Under the pieces are notes generated by a model, which worked only from the letters and a program-made list of their open reading frames with translations, was not told where the DNA came from and did not search any database. A stretch of DNA of 64,000 bases, from assembly GCF_006345805.1 (NCBI RefSeq), contig NC_043006.1:14074001-14138000 (forward strand). The letters are read 5' to 3'. This stretch comes from Octopus sinensis. Lineage: Eukaryota. The translations under genes and the position numbers were made by a program. Shown here in pieces: positions 51,547-62,787 of the stretch. Each line of letters begins with the position of its first letter. Position 1 is the first letter of the stretch.

Positions 51547-52372
51547 GGATCTTTTCGCTTTGACCGGCAGATTTTAAAAATAATTTCTTTGTAACAAAAC
51601 ACTTTTAAACTTCGTATACTGGTAGAATGTGTTACATAAAGCATCTTTTTCTTTTGGCTTTCTTGAGAAAATTCTGTAGTTTGTAAGCTATTTGTTGTTT
51701 AATTTCTTGCATTTCGGCAATTTCAACCAATCAATGACGACTATTGAGGTGATTACAATATCTCCGGATCTTTGTCAACAACAATTATTTGCGGTGTCAT
51801 ATGAATTTGTCACTGTTATTTATGACATATTTCATATCAGTTACGTTCGTATGAATAAAATATTATCGTCATTAAACTTTTATTAATAAACACATATTCT
51901 AAGTTCACAAAATATGCATGTTTTTAATTTCCCTCTCTGTTGCACAGATACATTACATATTATATATTCGCTTAAGAAACAGATTGGGTTTATTTACATT
52001 TCTGAAGAAAAAAGATACCCTTCCCCCCACCCCTAACCCTAACCCTAACTCTAACCCTAGCCCTAACCCTAAAACAGATTGAAATGCAATAGATCGATAC
52101 TAGGGTCATAATTAAAGGTGGACACTAAAGAGGGAACGGTTTTGTTATCAAGCTCTGTTTACGAGTGACTCCTCAGTTTATGGCCACCGCAAATAATTGT
52201 TATTGACAAAGATCCGGAGATATTGTATTCACCTCAATAGACATCATTGATTGGTTGAAATTGCCGAAATGCAAGAACTTAAGCAACAAATAGCTTACAA
52301 GCTACGAAGTTTAAAAGTGTTTAGTTACGTGGAAATTATTTTAAAAATCTGCCGGTCAAAGTGAAAAGATCC
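51547..52372. mobile_element. GGATC-ended MITE family, long-TIR composite copy
   Basis: GGATCTTTTCGCTTTGACCGGCAGATTTT / AAAATCTGCCGGTCAAAGTGAAAAGATCC; ATATATAT on both sides. Confidence 0.85.
52031..52072 (-). repeat. Interstitial telomere-type (TTAGGG)7 with variants, inside the MITE
   Basis: CCCTAA repeats. Confidence 0.9.
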
Positions 52373-52519
52373 ATATATATATATATATATATATAACTTA
52401 TAAAATAAGGGCAAAAGAAAAATTCTAATCCCAAATATGCCGGAAATAGACATTGTCAATAACCATTATAATTTATGCGACTCGAAACAAGCCGATAGAA
52501 ATTTCTAAAAAAATCCGTT

Positions 52520-52581
52520 ATTACCGTATTGGTCCCAATTTCAGAGTTAATTCATAAGAATTTTCTCCTCCTCAGCGATAA
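52520..52581 (-). ncRNA. Type I HHR motif (left arm)
   Basis: TTATCG-CTGAGGA-GGAG…CTCT-GAAA-TTGG ga CCAA-T-A-CGGTAA. Confidence 0.75.
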
Positions 52582-52649
52582 ATACGTAAGACATAAATGA
52601 AATACTTACCCATTCTTTTCCATGAGTATTTCATTTATGTCTTACGTAT

Positions 52650-52709
52650 TTATCGCTGAGGAGGAAAAATTCTTATGAATAAACTCTGAAATTGGGACCA
52701 ATACGGTAA
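52650..52709 (+). ncRNA. Type I HHR motif (right arm)
   Basis: Same architecture with weaker stem II; predicted cut after 52703. Confidence 0.65.
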
Positions 52710-52897
52710 TAACGGAATTTTTTAGAAATTTCTATCGGCTTGTATCGAGACACATGTTAATAGTGATAATCATAATGGTTATTGACAATTTGTCTATTTT
52801 CGGCATATTAGGCATTAGAATTTTTTTCTTTTGCCCTTGTTTTATAAATTATTAATATATATATGTATATATATATATATATTATATAGATATATAT

Positions 52898-52945
<48 letters not shown>

Positions 52946-53276
52946 AAGGGTGATTTACCCATAAATTTCACGTCTTTCATTTTTACTATTAGTGAACTAG
53001 TTATTACCCGCCCACCTCGATTTTGCCTTTCATCCTCTCAGGGTCAATAAAATAAGTAACAGTTGAATACCGAGGTCAAAGTACTCCACTTGCCCCGTCC
53101 CACAGAATTGTGCCTATAGTAGAAAGGTTTGTTAGTGAACTAGTCAAGTGGGCAAGCTAGAATTGTTTGCATGCTGCACAAAATTTTAGCAGCGTTTGTT
53201 CTGGCTCTTTATGTTTTGAGTTCAAATTCCACCGAGGTTGACTTTTCTTTTCATTCTTTCACGATGGACAAACTAA

Positions 53277-53561
53277 ATACCTATTTCTTTACTACCGACA
53301 AGGGGCTAAACACAGAGAGGACAAACAAGGACAGACAAACGGATAAAGTCGATTACATCGACCCCAGTGCGTAACTGGTACTTATTTAATCGACCCCGAA
53401 AGAATGAAAGGCAAAGTCGACCTCGGCGGAATTTGAACCCAGAACGTAACGGCAGACGAAATATGGCTACGCATTTCGCCCGACGTGCTAACGTTTCTGC
53501 GTGCTAACGTTTCTGCGTGCTAACGTTTCTGCGTGCTAACGTTTCTGCGTGCTAACGTTTC
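53277..53561 (-). mobile_element. SINE-C whose head is expanded into a 16-bp tandem repeat
   Basis: GTGCTAACGTTTCTGC x4.8 at 53485-53561. Confidence 0.9.
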
Positions 53562-53955
53562 GGTGGTATTTTATTTCATCAACACCGAAAGAATGAAAAG
53601 CAAAGTTGACCTATGTGGGATTCGAAATCAATTGGTATAACTCAAGGATAAATAATTTCTATTAAGAAAACATTTCTGTTAAAATAGCAGTATCGTTTGT
53701 TCTTACAGAACACCCACGTATAGGTGGCTATAAACGTAATTTCTCAGTACAAATACTGCTTTCGTCTCGAACAGATGGTTTCTTAACGAGCTAAATTTTT
53801 CAACATTATTAAAGCAGTTTCTGTTACATTACAGATCGTTATCGTAAAAAAAGTGGAAGATGTAATTTCCTGTCCGTTCGTAATCACTTTTCTGCTTATT
53901 TACATATTTAGTAGTGTCTAGAGAGAGTCATTACGCCAATATTAATAACACGGGC

Positions 53956-54430
53956 AAGGCGGCGTGCTGGTAGAATTGTTAGCACGCCGGGCGATATGCT
54001 TAACGGTATTTCATCTGCCGTTACGTTCTGAGTTCGAATTCCGCCGAGGTCGACTTTGCCTTTCATTTCGGTGGTCGATAAATTTTATACGTTCGGGGTC
54101 GATAAATTAAGTACCAGTTGCGCAATGGAGTTATGTAATCGACTTAATCCATTTGTCTGTTCTTGTTTGTTCCCTCTGTGTTTAGCCCTTGTGGGTAGTA
54201 AAGAAATAGGCATTTCGTCTGCCGAAGGCGGCAAGCTGGCAGGAACGTTACCGCGCCGGGCGAACTGCTGAACGGTATTTTGTCTGCCGTTACGTTCTGA
54301 GTTCAAATTCCACCGAGGTCGACTTTGCTTTTCATCCTTTCCGGGTTGATAAAATAAGTACGGGATAAGCACTGGAGTCGATGACAACACTTTCCCCGAA
54401 ATTGCTGACCTTGTGCCAAAATTTGAAATC
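53956..54430 (+). mobile_element. Two tandem SINE-C copies
   Basis: Homology to SINE-C. Confidence 0.85.
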
Positions 54431-54585
54431 AGTATCAAAAGCACACGCACTAGTTCAATTCCACTTCTTTACTATTAGTCATTATTATTATTGCTTAACT
54501 TATTGGTTAAACAAATTATCAATTAGTTAGTTTGATAGATATTTAACCAATTGACTAATAATAACGGAGTGGAACTGAACCAGTG

Positions 54586-54833
54586 GGATCTTTTCCCTTT
54601 GAACGGCAGATCGAGAAATTAATTATATTCAGCTGAATACACGTCATTGATTGGTTGAAATTACCGAAATACGAAAACTTTAACACGAAATAACTTTGAA
54701 AATACAATTTTTTCTCAACAACACTAAGAGTAAAAGATGTTTTACATGACACATTCCACCAGTGTCCGACGTTTGAAAGTGTTTAGTTACAAAAAATTAA
54801 TTTCTCGATCTGCCGTCCAAAGGGTCAAGATCC
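54586..54833. mobile_element. GGATC-ended MITE with perfect 8-bp TSD
   Basis: AACCAGTG at 54578-54585 and 54834-54841; about 40-bp TIRs; empty site at 12996-13003. Confidence 0.9.
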
Positions 54834-55172
54834 AACCAGTGCGTGTGTTAATAATATTGGCATAATGATTTCTCCCTAGACACAACAAAATTTGTTTCAA
54901 CACTCGAATTCACATAAAGAATCTTGCAAACCAAATATAAAAACGAAGTACATATTTACTTCTGAATTGTTTATTTGGCGGCTTTGCTTTCTAAATTCTC
55001 CACGAAGATCCGATTTCCGTGGAATGTGACTTTGATCTTGATTATTGTATTATTTATGTCTGAATGTGTAAATAATTAATGCCTAATTCTTTTTTTTTTT
55101 CTATGAGTTGTTATCGAATTATATAACTTAATTCTGTTTACGAGAGTTGATTCAATATAACCAATCGGAAGT

Positions 55173-55976
55173 GCGGCGAGCTGGCAGAAACGTTAGCACG
55201 TCGAGCGAAATGCTTTGTGGTATTTCGTCTGCCGTTACGTTGTGAGTTCAAATTCCGCCGAGGTCGACTTTGCCTTTCATCCTTTCGGGGTCGATAAATT
55301 AAGTACCAGTTACGCACTGGGGTCGATATAATCGACTTAATACCTATGTCTGTCCTTGTTTGTCCCCTCTATGTTTAGCCCCTTGTGGGTAATAAAGAAA
55401 TAGGTATTTCGTCTGTCGCTACGTTGTGAGTTCAAATTCCACCGAGGTCGACTTTGCCTTTCATCTTTTCGGGGTCGATAAATTAAGTACCAGTTACGCA
55501 CAGGGGTCGATGTAATCGACCTAATCCCTTTGTCTGTCCTTGTTTGTCCACTCTATGTTTAGCCCCTTGTGGGTAGTAAAGAAATAAAAATAGCTATTTC
55601 GTCTGCCATTACGTTCTGAGTTCAAATTCCACCGAGGTCGACTTTGCCTTTCATTCTTTCGGGGTCGATAAATTAAGTACCAATTACGCACTGGGGTCGA
55701 TGTAATCGACTTAACCCTTTTGTCTGTCCTTGTTTGTCCCCTCTATGTTTAGACCCTTGTGTGCAATAAAGAAATAAGAATCGTTAACACGCCAGGCGAA
55801 ATTCTTAGCGGGATTTCGTCCGTCTTTATATTCTAAGTTCAAATTCCACTAAGTTCGACTTTGCCTGTCATCCTTTGGCGGTCGATAAAATAAGTACCTG
55901 TGGAGCAATAAGGTCGATGTAATTAACTTACCCTCTCCCCTGAAATCACTGCCTTGCGCCAAAATTTCAAACCAAT
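55173..55976 (+). mobile_element. Head-to-tail array of four SINE-C units
   Basis: Junctions near 55403, 55590 and 55778. Confidence 0.9.
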
Positions 55977-56791
55977 ATAAAACAAACAGAGAAAAGGAAT
56001 TAAAAACCACTAAATACATTTTTGACACTAAAATTTCAGCATCGTATCAGTGAAAAATTACATTTGTTTTCACAAGTTCTGTTCCAGTGCACCTAAAAAT
56101 GGATGTTAAATATGTACTTCACAATCTTAAATTAACGGAGAATTATAATAATTTTGTCAGTATGGAGGTGTCAACAATCTTTCACTAATTGTTTGCGTGC
56201 AAAAGAAAGCTGGTCAATTAAGGATGAGTATTGATTTCGAAGTATATTTAAATGTCAGGATTCGAACTTCTTTTTTTATTCAATTCCTCATCTTGAAACC
56301 ATGTTTATTGATACGAGAGATGTAATTTTTTTCCTCTATTGATTTAGATAAAGATTCTAAGAGATCGTGTGCGATAAACGACAGGCAATGGCCGTCTTTA
56401 ATCAATAGAATTCATATGAATCACAAAAATAACAGCTCCAATGTGTAAATAGCTCTTAATTAATACCTTGTTCATTTCTAATGAGTGATCGAATTACATA
56501 TGTAATTTAATCCTGTTTGTGGAAGTGGAGTTCAATAAAAAAAGAAAACGGAAAAAGAAATAAAACTCACAAAATATATTTTCGAAACAGCGGCACTGTG
56601 CTTTTTAGCCAAATTCTAAAGTGCAAGTATTTAATATTATTAGCACTGTTTAAGGCGGCGGGCTGACAGAATCGTTAGCACGCCAGAGGAAAATTATTAG
56701 TGGCATTTCGTCCTTCTTTTACGTTCTGAGTTCAAATTCCTTTCAGGGTCGGTAAAATAAGTGCCAGTTGAACATTGATATTAGTGTTATC

Positions 56792-57209
56792 GGATCTTTT
56801 CGGTTTGAACGGCAGTTTTTTTAGCGGTGTCATATGAAATTGTCACCCATAATTATTACCCTAGTATCGATCTATTGCATTTCAATCTGTTTTAGGGTTA
56901 GGGTTAGGGGTGGGGGGAAGGGTATCTTTTTTTCTTCACAAATGTAAATAAACCCAATTTGTTTCTTAAACGAGGGACATATTCATGCGGCACAGAATGT
57001 TTTCACCTCAATAGACGTCAGTGATTGGTTAAAATTGCAGAAATTGAGGAAAAACAAACAACAAATATCTTACAAACTATAGAATTTTCTCAATAAAGCC
57101 AAGAGAAAAAGATGTTTTATAAACATATTCTATCAGTATACGAAGTTTAAAAGTGTTTAGTTACGTGGAAATTATTTTTAAAAAACTGCCGTTCAAACCG
57201 AACAGATCC
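56792..57209. mobile_element. GGATC-ended MITE with (TTAGGG)3, inserted in a SINE-C (56654-57255)
   Basis: 29-bp TIRs; 8-bp TSD GTGTTATC/GTGTAATC. Confidence 0.9.
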
Positions 57210-57475
57210 GTGTAATCGACTAGTCTCCAAACTTTCTGTCAAAATTTGAAACCAAAATTATTAGCAACGTTTAATAAACAAGGAACTGAGTGAAGCCAGG
57301 TTCAAATTTGCATCAATTTCTTGAATATAAAAAGACATTTTTTAATAATGGTAAATTGAGCTGTTTCAGCAAATTCTGCTGTTTAAACTAATTCTATTCT
57401 GTCAGGTAGATGTTGGAGGTAATGTGACTTAAACAGTCGAACAAAGAGAAAATAACTTTGAATATTATGTTACAA

Positions 57476-57899
57476 ATGGCGCAGGAGTGGCTGTTTGGTA
57501 AGTAGCTTGCTAACCAACCACATGGTTCCGGGTTCAGTCCCACTGCGTGGCATCTTGGGCACGTGTCTTCTGCTATAGCCCCGGGCTGACCAATGCCTTG
57601 TGAGTGGATTTGGTAGACGGAAACTGAAAGAAGCCTGTCGTATATATGTATATATATATATATGTATGTGTGTGTGAATATGTTTGTGTGTCTGTGTTTG
57701 TTCCCCTAGCATTGCTTGACAACCGATGCTGGTGTGTTTACGTCCCCGTAACTTAGCGGTTCAGCAAAAGCGACCGATAGAATAAGTACTGGGCTTACAA
57801 AGAATAAGTCCCGGGGTCGATTTGCTCGACTAAAGGCGGTGCTCCAGCATGGCCGCAGTCAAATGACTGAAGCAAGTAAAAGAGTAAAAAGAGAGTAAA
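57476..57899 (+). mobile_element. SINE-A, full length
   Basis: Homology to SINE-A. Confidence 0.9.
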
Positions 57900-58104
57900 T
57901 GGAAAATTTTACTGAGTTAACAGTAAATTGGATGAACAGCTCGTCCAAACTGCAATTGGATACTGGGCAACAGTCTCCATCATTCCACCTTCCCAAATTA
58001 ACAAAGTTATCTCTAATCATCATACCAATTCATAAACAGTTAACTTTTTATGGAAGTTCGAAGCTAGAGGCAGTTGTTTCTAATAACAGTTTTGTCTGTC
58101 TCTT

Positions 58105-58250
58105 GAGGATTCAGAAAAAAGAACGGCATTTAAACTTAGTCGTGGTGAATAACGCTTATAAATTTGGATTAATCAGTGGAGACTGATTACGGAGTTAATG
58201 CAAGGAATTAATGATGCAATTATATTAGGATGACATAATCATATTTTCAA
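58105..58250 (+). pseudogene. Highly decayed Ty3/gypsy RT fragment
   Basis: EDSEKRTAF, KFGL and Y*DDIIIFS in the expected order across frameshifts. Confidence 0.45.
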
Positions 58251-58667
58251 CAATCTAGAATAAAATAAACAACCGAGGAATTACACTTCGAGTTTTGGCA
58301 CAAGGCCAACAGTTTTGTGGGGAGAAGCCAATCGGCCCCCGAAAAGCTGAAAGGCAAAGTTAGCCTTACCGAGAAATTACACTTTTTGCTAAGTAATATA
58401 TCAACCCCAATACATATCCTGCGTCTTCTATAAATTTCTTTGGAATAAATATTTCAATGTATGGGATTAAATTATGTCTATAATAATAAACGCGAAATTC
58501 TGTCCGTTCGTCTAGGACCCCTGTATCTTAGTCTGCATTTGTACTACATAGACATATTTTAGCTTTTTTGGAATCAGCATCATCCAGGGATTGAAAATCT
58601 GCCTTTCATTTGGTTCTTGAACATACAGCATGTGGCTCAGGTCTGGATGAGTATTATGTTATATGTT

Positions 58668-59080
58668 AGGCGCAGGAGAGGCTGCGTGGTAAGTAGCTTG
58701 TTTACCAACCGCATGGTTCCGGGTTCAGTCCCACCGCGTGGCACCTTGGGCAAGTGTCTTCTATAGCTTCGGGCCGACCAAAGCTTTGTGAGTGGATTTG
58801 GTAGACGGAAACTGAAAGAAGCCCGTCGTATATGTGTATACATATATATGCGTGTGTGTGTTTGTGTATCTGTGTTTGTTCCCCTAGCATTGCTTGACAA
58901 CCGATGCTGGTGTGTTTATGTCCCCGTTACTTAGCGGTTCGGAAAAAGAGACCGATAGGATAAGTACTGGGCTTACAAAAGAATAAGTCCCGGGGTCGAG
59001 TTGCTCGATTAAAGGCGGTGCTCCAGCATGGCCGCAGTCAAATGACTGAAACAAGTAAAAGAGTAAAAGAGTAAAAGAGT
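58668..59080 (+). mobile_element. SINE-A, full length
   Basis: Homology to SINE-A. Confidence 0.9.
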
Positions 59081-59557
59081 TGAAAATTCGAATTTTCAAA
59101 GAACTCTAAAAATTTGTGTTTTTCATTTAAACTGAGTTTAAAGGGTATCAATAAATGCTTTATTATTGTCGCTCCCTGTAATTTTGGGCCGCAGGTGCAA
59201 TTAGCCTTCCTCAAGAACTAGCTTAAAAGTCCACACGGCTTTTAAGCTAGTAAGCTAATTAACAAAATTTAATTAATTAGCGTTCCGAAAAAGAATAGAA
59301 TTGAAAAATATTTGGATTTATAAAAATTTAACAATTTACGGACAGAGTGTACACTCTTTATGCAGCGGCAATGAATGTGTTTACTCGATGAATTCCTCAT
59401 AAACAGGTTTTTAAGAAAACATAGCGATTTGTAACAGAATTATTTACTGAATGTGAAACAGTTGGTGTTGATGTTTCTGAATTTACAATAACAAAGAAAC
59501 TATTTCAGAAGGTAAAGTCCTTAGTGTGTCGGTCATATAATAGATAGTACAGTAATT

Positions 59558-59945
59558 GTGGAGGCGCAATGGCCCAGTGGTTAGGGCAGCAGACTCGCGG
59601 TCGTAGGATCGCGGTTTCGATTCCCAGACCGGGCGTTGTGAGTGTTTATTGAGCGAAAACACCTAAAAGCTCCACGAGGCTCCGGCAGGGGATGGTAGTG
59701 ATCCCTGTTGTACTCTTTCACCACAACTTTCTCTCACTCTTACTTCCTTTTTCTGTTGTACTTGTATTTCAAAGGGCCGGCCTTGTCACTCTCTGTGTCA
59801 CGCTGAATATCCCCGAGAACTGCGTTAAGGGTACACGTGTCTGTGGAGTGCTCAGCCACTTACACGTTAATTTCACGAGCAGGCTGTTCCGTTGATCGGA
59901 TCAACCGGAACCCTCATCGTCGTAACCGACGGAGTGCTTCCATCA
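59558..59945 (+). mobile_element. SINE-B, full length
   Basis: A-box TGGCCCAGTGG, B-box GGTTTCGATTCC. Confidence 0.9.
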
Positions 59946-59964
59946 TCCAGTATTACAATAGATG

Positions 59965-60159
59965 AAGGCGGCGAGCTGGCAGAACCGTTAGCACGCCGGG
60001 CGAAATGCTCAGCAGTATTTCGTCTGTCGCTACGTTCTGAGTTCAAATTCCGCCGAGGTCGACTTGCCTTCCATCCTTTCGGGGTCGATTAAATAAGTAC
60101 CGTTTACACACTGGGGTCGATATAATCGACTTAATCCGTTTGTCTGTCCTTGTTTGTCC

Positions 60160-60197
<38 letters not shown>

Positions 60198-60406
60198 TTT
60201 GTCTGTGTTTGTCCCCCACCACAACATTGCTTGGCAACCGATGCTGGTGTGTTTACTTCCCCGTAACTTAGCGGTTCGGCAAAAGGGACCGATAGAATAA
60301 GTACTAGGCTTACAAAGAATAAGTCCTGGGGGTCGATTTGCTCGACTAAAAGCGGTGCTCCGGCATGGCCGCAGTCAGACGACTGAAACAAGTAAAAGAG
60401 TAAAGA
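59965..60406 (+). mobile_element. SINE-C joined through (TG)n to a SINE-A 3' half
   Basis: SINE-C 59965-60160; SINE-A tail 60190-60406. Confidence 0.85.
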
Positions 60407-60672
60407 GCAAGCCCCCAGATTTTGATGATCACCAATCTTTCTTTGGAAACGTTCAGAGAACTGAAATTGTGGAGACATTGAATTAATGCAAACGAGGATT
60501 TCTCGGAAAAGATTGTCGTTATCAGGAGGTTATTCGCGAAGAAACGACGTAAAAAATAGACTTTATGTCCGAGTTTCTTATAAGACTTTTATCAAAGAAC
60601 GAAAGAATAAGGAAAATGACGAAAGAAATGCAGAAATCGGACTAAATGAATAAGTTTTTAACTTTTTGGTGG

Positions 60673-60879
60673 ACTCTTTTACTCGTTTCAGTCATTTGAC
60701 TGCGGCCATGCTGGAGCACCGCCTTTAGTCGAGCAAATCGACTCCCGGACTTATTCTTTGGAAGCCTAGTACTTATTCTATCGGTCTGTTTTGCCGAACC
60801 GCTAAGTTACGGGGGCGTAAACACACCACCATCGGTTGCCAAGCGATGTTGGGTGGGAGGAACAAACACAGACACACAA

Positions 60880-60914
<35 letters not shown>

Positions 60915-61220
60915 GACCTGCGCGCACGCACATATCCACACTTACACACACATACCTCCTCTTGCACTCTCCTGTCTTTGAAAGAACTTTTTCTTCACCC
61001 ATTCCCTTCCGGTCATACAAAATGTGACCGCGTGTGTACCGTTGGCGATTTTTTTTCCTCCGTCTTCCCGTCTTTGGATCTTTCCTTTTCCTATGTTTCT
61101 GACGAAGAGCTCCGCTCAAAACGTTAAACCCTCCTTCTTTCCTGAGCGTCCAACAATACTATACTTGTTCCACGTCCTCGCGTTGTTGTGTTTTCTCTTT
61201 GTGTTTTCATGTTTGGATTA

Positions 61221-61273
<53 letters not shown>

Positions 61274-61436
61274 GACGGGCTTCTTTCAGTTTCCGTCTAC
61301 CAAATCCACTCACAAGCCTTTGGTCGGCTTGAGGCTATTGTAGAAGACACTTGCCCGAGGTGCTACGAAGTGGAAATGAACCCGGAACCATGTGATTTGT
61401 AAGCAAGCTGCTTACCACACAGCCACTCCTGCGCCT
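60673..61436 (-). mobile_element. SINE-A split by an insert in its microsatellite
   Basis: 3' half 60673-60910; head 61271-61436. Confidence 0.85.
61022..61230 (+). mobile_element. pLTR-like family G copy with HHR at 61095-61129 (G12A)
   Basis: GTTT-CTGACGA-A-GAGC tcc GCTC-AAAA-CGT-T-AAAC; ends in (TA)n. Confidence 0.65.
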
Positions 61437-62095
61437 CAAAAACTTTTTTAACTTCTCTATTAAAAGCTAAACTGAATAGCACTGATGGTATATATCGTTC
61501 AGTAGTTACGTTTCTACGTTATTAAGTATTTTGAGAAATAACAATAATTTACTCGTACGTGATGAAATATATCCTGATGCTTTTGCAAATCCGCAACTTT
61601 CAGAAAGTGTCATTGACACTCCGTTCTATTACACTCCATTTAGTGAGATTTCGTACTGATTTATAATCGAAAATTCACAGTCAATTATAAATTTTAATAT
61701 AAGATCTTTGTCAAAAATATTTGGTGAGTTGGAAATATTGTTATCGACTTTCCGTTTTAAATTTTCTGTTATTTATCTTCAAGAAACTGTGGTAAAAGGC
61801 GAAAAAGAAGAGGATTTAAATTCAAATTATGAATTACCTGATTATAAATGTTTTATGTACTCCTATGATACAATATGAGAGGTGGAGCTTCTGTATGTAT
61901 TTAATGAGGGATTTGAACAGCTGGGGTATTAGTAATGAAGACCTTCAAGCTCAATTCATTCAAGTAATAAAACCGAAAAAGTAAAATATTTTACTTGGAA
62001 ACATACATTGGACACCAAAAGGGAAAATGAAAGATTTTAACCAAAATAAGGTTAACATCCTCACTGATATTAGACAGAAACCAAGATTCATTTCT

Positions 62096-62313
62096 TATTT
62101 CTTTACTACCCACAAGGGGCTAAACACAGAGGGGACAAACAAGGACAGACAAACGGATTCCCAGTGCGTAACTGCTACTTATTTAATCGACCCCGAAAGG
62201 ATGAAAGGCAAAGTCGACCTCGGCTGAATTTGAACTCAGAACGTAACGGCAGACGAAATACGGCTACGCATTTCGCCCGGCACGCTAACATTTCCGCCAG
62301 ATCGCCGCCTTAT
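62096..62313 (-). mobile_element. SINE-C inserted in the LINE, 15-bp TSD
   Basis: CCAAGATTCATTTCT at 62081-62095 and 62314-62328. Confidence 0.9.
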
Positions 62314-62656
62314 CCAAGATTCATTTCTGGTGACATTAATCTCAAATTTTTTGCATACGAAACAGGTCCAAAGGTTAGAAACTTTCTCAAAAAAATTGGT
62401 CAAAGTTATCTTATGCCTTCCATCACTAATGCCACCCATGTAACAACCTAAAAAAAAACTTGCATTGACAACAGATTCTTTAATTTAAGTTATAGACAGG
62501 ATATAAAATCTGGCATTGTATGTGCAAGAATCAGTGATCATTATCCAATCTTCTTAGTAATGAGGGACATTCAGTGCAGCCCTAAAAATCTATCGGAGAA
62601 AATAAAGGTTAAAAGGGGGGACATTCGTGCAAAAAATTTTCAATCTTTTCCACAAG

Positions 62657-62787
62657 CTCAAAGAATCTAGTTGGATATCTGCTATCAACACACTTGACTC
62701 AAAGAATCTAGTTGGATATCTGCTATCAACACACTTGACTCAAAGAATCTAGTTGGATATCTGCTATCAACACACTTGACTCAAAGA
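62657..62787. repeat. Perfect 41-bp tandem repeat x3.2
   Basis: CTCAAAGAATCTAGTTGGATATCTGCTATCAACACACTTGA. Confidence 0.95.

Larger units (their letters stand above)
52395..52850. mobile_element. Inverted pair of HHR-bearing pLTR-like repeats (about 215-bp arms, 18-nt loop)
   Basis: Arms 52395-52606 and 52625-52850; TA tracts on both sides. Confidence 0.85.

Noticed and set aside
59558-59630. tRNA gene calls for SINE heads
   Set aside because: A/B boxes are present, but they continue into multicopy SINE bodies and lack a full cloverleaf
62657-62787. CRISPR-like 41-bp repeats
   Set aside because: Repeats are contiguous with no spacers, in a eukaryotic LINE context
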